64,000 nt of DNA from an uncultured Actinomycetes bacterium (GTDB taxonomy: Bacteria > Actinomycetota > Thermoleophilia > Solirubrobacterales > 70-9), in contig OY970241.1 in the NCBI GenBank assembly GCA_963715475.1, positions 1,827,309-1,891,308 on the forward strand, written 5' to 3'. The translations under genes and the position numbers were made by a program. Shown in pieces: positions 58,239 to 64,000 of the stretch (within the stretch, counting starts at the first letter, position 1; the number at the start of each line of letters is the position of its first letter). The notes beneath the pieces are model-generated. The model worked only from the letters and a program-made list of their open reading frames with translations. It searched no databases and was not told where the DNA came from.

Positions 58239-60929
58239 CTACTGCGGTGTCGGTCTTTGCAGGAATCGCCGGGCCTCCGAGAGCCGTTCGCCATAGACGC
58301 GAAAGGCGGCCGAGTTCTGTAGATCGGTCTCCTCCGAGGATACGACCCCGACGAGCCCCGCGCCCCGATCGGGCTTCCCCTGCACCAGGCCGAGCTCGGC
58401 AAGCACCCGGAAGCGGCGGGCGGCGGCCTCGGGGCAGAGCGGGCGTTTGCCGCCGCCGGCCAGGGCCTCGCGCAGGCTCGCGCCGCCGCACTCGCCGGCC
58501 TCGCGGAGGCCGCGGAAGGTCGCGGCCACCGCCTCGCGTCCCGGCCACTGCTCGGCGGCGACCTTGAGCGCGAAGGCACTCTCGGCCTCCGTCCAGAGAA
58601 GATGGAGGAAACCGGGAGCGAGGGCGGCGGACTCGGGCCGCGATTGCGCCTCGCCCCCGAGGAAAAGCGACGCCCGCGCCTCCTCAACCTGACCCGGGGG
58701 CGGATCGACGAGGACGACGTGCTCGAAGGCGGCGGCCAGCTCCGGCGCCCGCGCCAGGGCGAGGTAGTCGGTGAGCGCGAGGCCGCTCCCGGCCTTGCCC
58801 GCAAGCCGCCCGAGCGCCTCCTCGCCGCAGCGATGGCAGGCGATCGCCGCGGCGCCCCCGTTGAAGCGGGCGAGGCCGCCGGCGCCGCTGCCGAGGCCGG
58901 CCCGCCGCGAGGCGTCGGCGCAGAGCGCGAGGACGCCGCCGCCGCTGGAGACCAGCTCCGCGACCGCCACCGTCGCCGGCGCGGCGCTCTGAACCAGGCG
59001 TCGCCCCTCGCGAGTCTGTGATTTTCCGTGCTCTACACGGTTTTTCACAGACTCGATGTCGAGCGGCGCGGTCAGCTCGGCTTCGAACCGCGTCCACCAT
59101 TCGTGGTCTCCGCACGTACAGGCGTGCGGGAGGGCCGGATCCTCCCCGTCGGCCTCGGCATCCTCCAGCGGGTAGAGCTCTCGGAGGACCACCCGCGGCT
59201 CGACCGAGCCGTTCCAGTGGTTGACCTCGAGCCGCACCGTCGCGTCGAGCAGGTCCTCGTCCTCGACCCCGAGGCTGGAGCGGCCGAAGGCGACGCCGAG
59301 GGCGCGGTGGGAGCCGCTGCGGAGGCTGAAGCGGGCGTGCCTGCCCTCCCCCATCGCCCGCACGTCGGTGACCCGCGCCGAGGGGACCAGCAGCCGCACG
59401 CCGGGATTGCCCATCCCGAACGGGGCGAGCTGCCGCAGCTCTTCGGCGAGGTCGAGCCCGAGGCCCACCCCGCCGGCGATCGCGTCGACCCGTTCGGTCC
59501 GCCGCAGATCCTCCGGCGCCAGCACCGCGTCGGCGTGGGCGGCGAAGGCCTCCTGGAAGGCGGCGACGTTCTCGGCCCGGATCGTCAGCCCCGCCGCCGC
59601 CCGGTGCCCGCCGAATCCCTCCAGGTGCGCGGCGCATGCCTCCAGCGCCGCCAGCAGGTCGAAGCCGGGGATGCTGCGCCCGCTCCCCCGCCCCTCGCCG
59701 TCGCGGCCCAGGGAGATCACGACGACGGGACGGCAGTGGCGCTCGACCAGCCGCGAGGCGACGATCCCGACCACGCCGGGATGCCAGTCCTCCCCCGCCA
59801 CCACCAGCCCGCGCGCCTCCCGGAGACGATCGGGCAGCTCCCGCCGCGCCGCCTCCGCGGCCGCATCCACCTCGCGCTCGGTCGCCCGCCGCTCCGAGTT
59901 GGCCCGGCTCAGCTCTTCGGCGATCGCCTTCGCCCGCTCCGGGTCCTCGGTCAGGAACAGCTCGACCCCGGCATCGGCCCGGTAGAGCCGCCCGGCCGCG
60001 TTGATCCGCGGCGCCAACCGGAACGAAAGATCCCCCTCGTCCAGCCGCGCGGGATCGCACTTGGAGACCTCCAGCAGCGCCCGGATCCCCGGCCGCCTGG
60101 CCCGCCGCACCTCCGCCAGCCCCTTCCGCACCAGCGCCCGGTTCTCCCCCACCAACGGCACGACGTCGGCCACCGTGGCCAGCGCCACCAGATCGAGATC
60201 CTCCTCAGCAGCCCAGACGGGACGAGGGAGAGTCTCCGCGGCCTCGGGGGGACGGGGGAGGAACTCGCCGGACCCTCCCCGCTGTTGTCCGCCGAGTTCC
60301 TCCCCCGGTCCCCCGAGCGCGCAGGCAAGCTTCCAGGCGACCGCGGTCCCACAGAGAGACTCGGATGGATAACCGGAAATTTCGGGGTGCAGGATCGGGC
60401 AGTCCGGCAGCTCGTCCTTGGCCTGATGATGGTCGGTGACGATCACCTCCATCCCCAGCTCCCCCGCCAGCGCCACCTCCGCCGCGCAGGCGATCCCGCA
60501 GTCGACGGTGATCAGCAGCTCGGTGCCGCGCTCGGCCAGGCGCCGCACGTTCTCCTCGCTCAGCCCGTAGCCGTCCTTCAGCCGGTCGGGGATGAACCAG
60601 TCGCACTCGGCGCCCAGCCCGCGCAGGGCGCGGACCATCACCGTCGTCGCGCAGACGCCGTCGACGTCGAAGTCGCCGTGGACGGTGATGCGCCGACCGG
60701 CCTCGATCGCCGCTCTCACCTGCCCGACCACCGCCTCCATCCCCGCGAAGGCCGAAGGCGGGTGGGACTCGTCGGCGGCCAGGAACGCCCTCGCCGCCTC
60801 CGGGGTGCGGTACCCCCGCCGGACCAGCGTCACCGCCACCGGCTCACTGACCCCAAGCTCCTCCGTCAGGAGGTTGGCGTCGGCATACGAATAGGGCTCG
60901 GCGGCAAAGGTGGGGATCGTCTCCGGCAC
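58239..60929 (-). CDS. recJ: single-stranded-DNA-specific exonuclease RecJ, long form with ~270-aa C-terminal extension
   Basis: DHH motifs (HGDFDVDG, VTDHHQ), DHHA1 domain and OB-like region, then an extension after an in-frame palindromic element (59008-59056). GTG start. Confidence 0.85.
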   Translation of the reverse strand: MPETIPTFAAEPYSYADANLLTEELGVSEPVAVTLVRRGYRTPEAARAFLAADESHPPSAFAGMEAVVGQVRAAIEAGRRITVHGDFDVDGVCATTVMVRALRGLGAECDWFIPDRLKDGYGLSEENVRRLAERGTELLITVDCGIACAAEVALAGELGMEVIVTDHHQAKDELPDCPILHPEISGYPSESLCGTAVAWKLACALGGPGEELGGQQRGGSGEFLPRPPEAAETLPRPVWAAEEDLDLVALATVADVVPLVGENRALVRKGLAEVRRARRPGIRALLEVSKCDPARLDEGDLSFRLAPRINAAGRLYRADAGVELFLTEDPERAKAIAEELSRANSERRATEREVDAAAEAARRELPDRLREARGLVVAGEDWHPGVVGIVASRLVERHCRPVVVISLGRDGEGRGSGRSIPGFDLLAALEACAAHLEGFGGHRAAAGLTIRAENVAAFQEAFAAHADAVLAPEDLRRTERVDAIAGGVGLGLDLAEELRQLAPFGMGNPGVRLLVPSARVTDVRAMGEGRHARFSLRSGSHRALGVAFGRSSLGVEDEDLLDATVRLEVNHWNGSVEPRVVLRELYPLEDAEADGEDPALPHACTCGDHEWWTRFEAELTAPLDIESVKNRVEHGKSQTREGRRLVQSAAPATVAVAELVSSGGGVLALCADASRRAGLGSGAGGLARFNGGAAAIACHRCGEEALGRLAGKAGSGLALTDYLALARAPELAAAFEHVVLVDPPPGQVEEARASLFLGGEAQSRPESAALAPGFLHLLWTEAESAFALKVAAEQWPGREAVAATFRGLREAGECGGASLREALAGGGKRPLCPEAAARRFRVLAELGLVQGKPDRGAGLVGVVSSEETDLQNSAAFRVYGERLSEARRFLQRPTPQ
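59008..59056. repeat. palindromic element, family C copy 2, in frame inside recJ
   Basis: TCGCGAGTCTGTGATTTTCCGTG-CTCTA-CACGGTTTTTCACAGACTCGA. It shares the termini, the CTCTA loop and compensatory stem changes with 20339-20387. It is translated as ...IESVKNRVEHGKSQTRE... Confidence 0.6.
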
Positions 60930-60994
60930 ACTCTCAGGCTAGGAATCGACGCGGCGGAAAGCGGTCTGCGATCGACCAAAGCGCGTGGAAATCT

Positions 60995-61040
60995 TCTTTC
61001 TGTTCCTTATGGTCGCCCAGCGACACAAAGGAACAGGCAA
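60995..61040. repeat. conserved intergenic motif, family D copy 2
   Basis: TCTTTCTGTTCCTTATGGTCG, then hairpin CTGTTCCTT (61000-61008) / AAGGAACAG (61028-61036) enclosing GTCG/CGAC. It ends at the stop of the small membrane gene. Confidence 0.45.
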
Positions 61041-61310
61041 TCAGGTGACCTGCCGGGTCTCGGAGCGGACGCCGATCGCGTAGACGATCGCCAGCCCGAT
61101 CAGGACGCCGGGGATCGCGATCAGCGCCGTCGAGAGGTCGGTGTCGCCGAGGCTTTTGCCGCTCGCCTCCTGGACGATCAGGCCGAAGATCAGCGCGCCC
61201 AGCACCGAGCCGACGAAGGCGCCGACGATCCCCTGCCAGAAGCGGTCGGGGACGAAGACGGTGAAGTGCCAGAGGGCGATCCCCATCGTGAAGAAGACGA
61301 CCAGGGCCAT
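61041..61310 (-). CDS. small membrane protein (GlsB/YeaQ/YmgE-like, tentative)
   Basis: 89 aa with three hydrophobic Gly-rich segments (GIVGAFVGSVLGALIFGLIV...). The family assignment is by resemblance only. Confidence 0.55.
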   Translation of the reverse strand: MALVVFFTMGIALWHFTVFVPDRFWQGIVGAFVGSVLGALIFGLIVQEASGKSLGDTDLSTALIAIPGVLIGLAIVYAIGVRSETRQVT

Positions 61311-61338
61311 CAGGCGACCGCTTTCGGGTCCGCGGGGC

Positions 61339-64000
61339 TCATCGGCTTCTCCCGTGCTTGCGCCGGGCCTGGCGGCGCGCCTTGCGCTCGGCGTTGCGCC
61401 GGCGGCGCTCCGAGGAGGCCGCCGCGGCCGACTCGGTGTCGCCGTTGGCGAGCGCCCCGGCGCCGTTGCCGGAGCCCTCCTCGGTCCGCTCGGCGGTCGC
61501 CACCGCCCCCGGGGCGGCCTCGGCGGCGGGCTCCTCGGCGGCCGGCGCGGCCTCCCCTTCGCGCTCGTCGTCGCGGCCCAGCTTCGCCATCTCGATCTCG
61601 TCGGCGTAGGCCGGCACCTGCCCGCCCTCGACTTCGGCGATCCGCAGGCGCCGCCGCACGAAGCCCGGCTCGCGTTCCTTCCAGGCGGTCAGCACCGGCG
61701 AGGCGATGAAGATCGAGGAATAGGTTCCCGAGGCGATCCCGATCAGCATCGCGAAGGCGAAGTCCTGCAGGGTCGCGCCGCCGAAGATCAGCAGCGACCC
61801 GACCGCCAGCATGGTCGAGAAGCTGGTCGCCAGCGAGCGGGTCAGCACCTCGCTCATCGAGCGGTTGACGATCTGCGAGAAGGCCGCCCGCGGCATCCGC
61901 GGCACGTTCTCGCGGATCCGGTCGAAGACGATGATCGTGTCGTACATCGAGTAGCCCAAAATCGTCAGGAAGGCGGCGACCGTGCCGCTGTTCACCTCTT
62001 TCCCGGTCAGCGAGTAGACCCCGCCGGTGATCAGGATGTCGTGGAAGATCGCGATCAGCACCGGCACCGCGAACTTCGGGTCGAACCGCAGGGCGACGTA
62101 GCCGCAGATCACCAGCAGCGAGAAGATCAGCGCCTTCAGGGCGGCGTTCGCCACCTGCTGGCCGAAGGTCGGCCCGACGCTGGTGCTTTCGAAGCCGTTC
62201 TGCTGGATCCCGTACTCGGAGGCGAGGGCCGACTGGGCGCTGTGGACCTCGCCCGGTTCGAGCTGGTGGGACTGGATCTGGAAGACGTTGTCGCCGAAGT
62301 TCGGGTCGCTGACCTGCTGCACCTGCTCGCCGCTGATCCCGGCGCCGTCGAGGGCTTCCCGCACGCCTTCCTCGTCGGTCGGCTTTTCCAGCGCCGCGGT
62401 GATCCGGGTGCCGGACTCGAAGTCGATCCCGAAGTTGAGCTGCTTGGTCGCCAGCGCCAGGGCGCCGACCAGCAGGATCAGCCCCGAGATCGTGAAGAAC
62501 CAGCGGCTCGCGCCCATGAAGTCGAAGTGCCAGCGCCGCCCCTCGCCGGCCGCCCCCAGGGCGCTCGGCGAGCGCAGCAGGCGCGAGCGGCTCATGCTGC
62601 CGAGCAGCGCCTGCGTGAAGACGACGGCGGTCAGCAGCGAGACGATGGTGCCGACGCCGAGGGTGAAGGCGAAGCCCTTGACCCCGGCGGTCGCCAGCAC
62701 GAAGAGGATGAAGGCGGTCAGCAGGGTGACGACGTTGGCGTCGATGATCGTGCTGATCCCGCGTTTGTAGCCGGCGCTGATCGCGCTCGCCATCGAGCGC
62801 CCGGCCCGCACCTCCTCCTTGATCCGCTCGAAGATGACGATGTTGGAGTCGGCGGCGACGCCGATCGTCAGCACCAGCCCCGCGATCCCCGGCAGGGTCA
62901 GGGTGATCGGGATCAGGTTGATCAGGGCGAAGAAGATCACCCCGTAGGCGGCGAGCGCGACCGAGGCGATCAGGCCGAGGAAGCGGTAGTAGAAGAGCAG
63001 GAAGACGACGACGAGGGCGAGGCCGATGATCCCGGCCTTGATCCCGTCGTGGAGCGCCTGGCTGCCGAGGGTCGCCGAGACCTGCGTCTCGGAGATCAGC
63101 TTGAGGTTGATCGGCAGGGCGCCGATCTGCAGCGTGGTCGCCAGTTCCTGGGCTTCTTCGAGGCCGTGGGAGCCGTTGAAGCCGCCGCTGATCTGCGCCC
63201 CTTCGCGGCCGTCGATCCCGTCCGGGTTTTCGGCGAAGTTGATGATCGGCCGGCTCTTGACTTCGTTGTCGAGGATGACCGCGAAGTGGCCGGAGAGGGC
63301 GGCGGCTTCTTCGGCCCCGACCGGGCCGATCGCCTGCGCCTGGCCGCGCTGGGCGATTTTGCGGGTGACTTCCTGGAAGGCGCTCTGGCCGCTGCCGGTG
63401 AAGCCGAAGGTGACGATCGGTTCGTTCGTCGTCGGCGCGTAGGCCTGTTCGGGGTTGGTGATGTCGCTGCCGCTCAGCGAGGGCCGGTCCTTCAGCGCGT
63501 ACCAGCCCGGTTCGGCCGTTTCGTCGGCCTGGCCTTCCTGGTTGACCGGGTATTCGGAGACGACGATCGTCCCCGCCGGCACTTCGACGACGATCCCGTC
63601 CTTCGGTCGTTTCTTCCCGGTCGGGCTGATGTAGAGGTCCTTCTTGTTCAGCTCGGGCCCGGCGATCAGCTTGTGCGGCTCCGCCTTCCCGAACAGGTAG
63701 TAGCGCGGCTTGGCGACCGAGCATTCGCTGCAGTCCTTGACCGGTTCCTGTTCGGAGGCGAGCAGGGCGGCTTCGTAGGCGGTCGGGTAGGCGCCGGCGT
63801 AGATCAGCTGTTTGCTCTCCTGGCTGGTGACGTTGCGGCCGGCTTCTTCCCAGCGCTTTTCGGAGGCTTTGCGGGCTCCTTCGGGGGGTTCGCGCCCGGG
63901 GTGGCCGCCGATCGCGGCCTCGGGTCCGATCAGGTTCGGTTCCCAGTCGTAGTAGTAGAGCTGGGCGGTGGTCCCGACCTGTTCGGCGGCGCGGTTGGCG
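61339..64000 (-). CDS. secDF: protein translocase subunit SecDF fusion (5' end beyond right edge)
   Basis: The frame stays open from 63582 to 64000 (I translated ...AQLYYYDWEPNLIG...VEVPAGT...). The track start is only an internal GTG. SecD periplasmic domain plus 6 TM, then SecF 6 TM and a long charged tail. Confidence 0.9.
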   Translation of the reverse strand, partial: ANRAAEQVGTTAQLYYYDWEPNLIGPEAAIGGHPGREPPEGARKASEKRWEEAGRNVTSQESKQLIYAGAYPTAYEAALLASEQEPVKDCSECSVAKPRYYLFGKAEPHKLIAGPELNKKDLYISPTGKKRPKDGIVVEVPAGTIVVSEYPVNQEGQADETAEPGWYALKDRPSLSGSDITNPEQAYAPTTNEPIVTFGFTGSGQSAFQEVTRKIAQRGQAQAIGPVGAEEAAALSGHFAVILDNEVKSRPIINFAENPDGIDGREGAQISGGFNGSHGLEEAQELATTLQIGALPINLKLISETQVSATLGSQALHDGIKAGIIGLALVVVFLLFYYRFLGLIASVALAAYGVIFFALINLIPITLTLPGIAGLVLTIGVAADSNIVIFERIKEEVRAGRSMASAISAGYKRGISTIIDANVVTLLTAFILFVLATAGVKGFAFTLGVGTIVSLLTAVVFTQALLGSMSRSRLLRSPSALGAAGEGRRWHFDFMGASRWFFTISGLILLVGALALATKQLNFGIDFESGTRITAALEKPTDEEGVREALDGAGISGEQVQQVSDPNFGDNVFQIQSHQLEPGEVHSAQSALASEYGIQQNGFESTSVGPTFGQQVANAALKALIFSLLVICGYVALRFDPKFAVPVLIAIFHDILITGGVYSLTGKEVNSGTVAAFLTILGYSMYDTIIVFDRIRENVPRMPRAAFSQIVNRSMSEVLTRSLATSFSTMLAVGSLLIFGGATLQDFAFAMLIGIASGTYSSIFIASPVLTAWKEREPGFVRRRLRIAEVEGGQVPAYADEIEMAKLGRDDEREGEAAPAAEEPAAEAAPGAVATAERTEEGSGNGAGALANGDTESAAAASSERRRRNAERKARRQARRKHGRSR

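Noticed and set aside
60930-60994. A 17-codon ORF starting at ATT after the SD-like AAGGAACAGAAAGAAG upstream of recJ.
   Set aside because: There is no canonical start codon and no supporting evidence. It is noted only as something ribosome profiling could test.

Overview
This is a high-GC window (roughly 70% by eye, not computed). It is packed almost end to end with conserved housekeeping genes, about 85% of them on the minus strand. I ran no database search; all calls come from motif and synteny recognition in the supplied translations and my own reading of the DNA.

The gene order is the classic Actinomycetota-type core, and the compact proteins suggest a deep-branching lineage such as Thermoleophilia or Rubrobacteria:
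- dapL-dapF-miaA-miaB-(small membrane protein)-recA-thpR-cinA-rodZ-like-ftsK
- a divergent OmpR-type two-component pair
- rnj-dapA-dapB-M16 peptidase-pnp-(dsbA-like, prx)-rpsO-ribF-truB-nrnA-rbfA-infB-nusA-rimP
- coaBC-rpoZ-gmk-mihF
- the pyr operon: pyrR-pyrB-pyrC-carA-carB-pyrK/pyrD fusion
- rnz and tRNA-Arg(CCG)
- a small mixed block: alpha/beta hydrolase, hypothetical membrane protein, SRAP peptidase, sugar-nucleotide genes
- a SAM-I riboswitch driving a ThrC-like/ThiS-like (metM/metO-type) pair
- corA-HIT-pmm-MBL, two crcB genes, a lipid kinase, an SDR
- one IS110-family transposase
- relA, recJ, a small membrane protein and secDF (runs off the right edge)

Most long ORFs in the track that lie antisense to or out of frame with these genes are high-GC shadow ORFs. 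Several track ORFs also carry spurious N-terminal extensions, and I give corrected starts.

I did not find a convincing multi-gene novel system such as a defence island, biosynthetic cluster or CRISPR array. The unusual signals are smaller in scale:
1. At least four families of AT-rich palindromic elements recur at gene boundaries. One copy sits in frame inside recJ, and another supplies the C-terminus and stop codon of miaB.
2. The dapF homologue has serine at both catalytic-cysteine positions.
3. Three phased operator-like palindromes lie in front of an edge-truncated HipB-like regulator.
4. The pyrR leader combines a PyrR-box/SD hairpin, a tandem duplication of the rnz 3' end and a perfect 24-bp hairpin.
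5. There are several domain-architecture oddities: a PyrK-PyrD fusion, a half-size RimP, a NusA tail, and redox genes inserted between rpsO and pnp.
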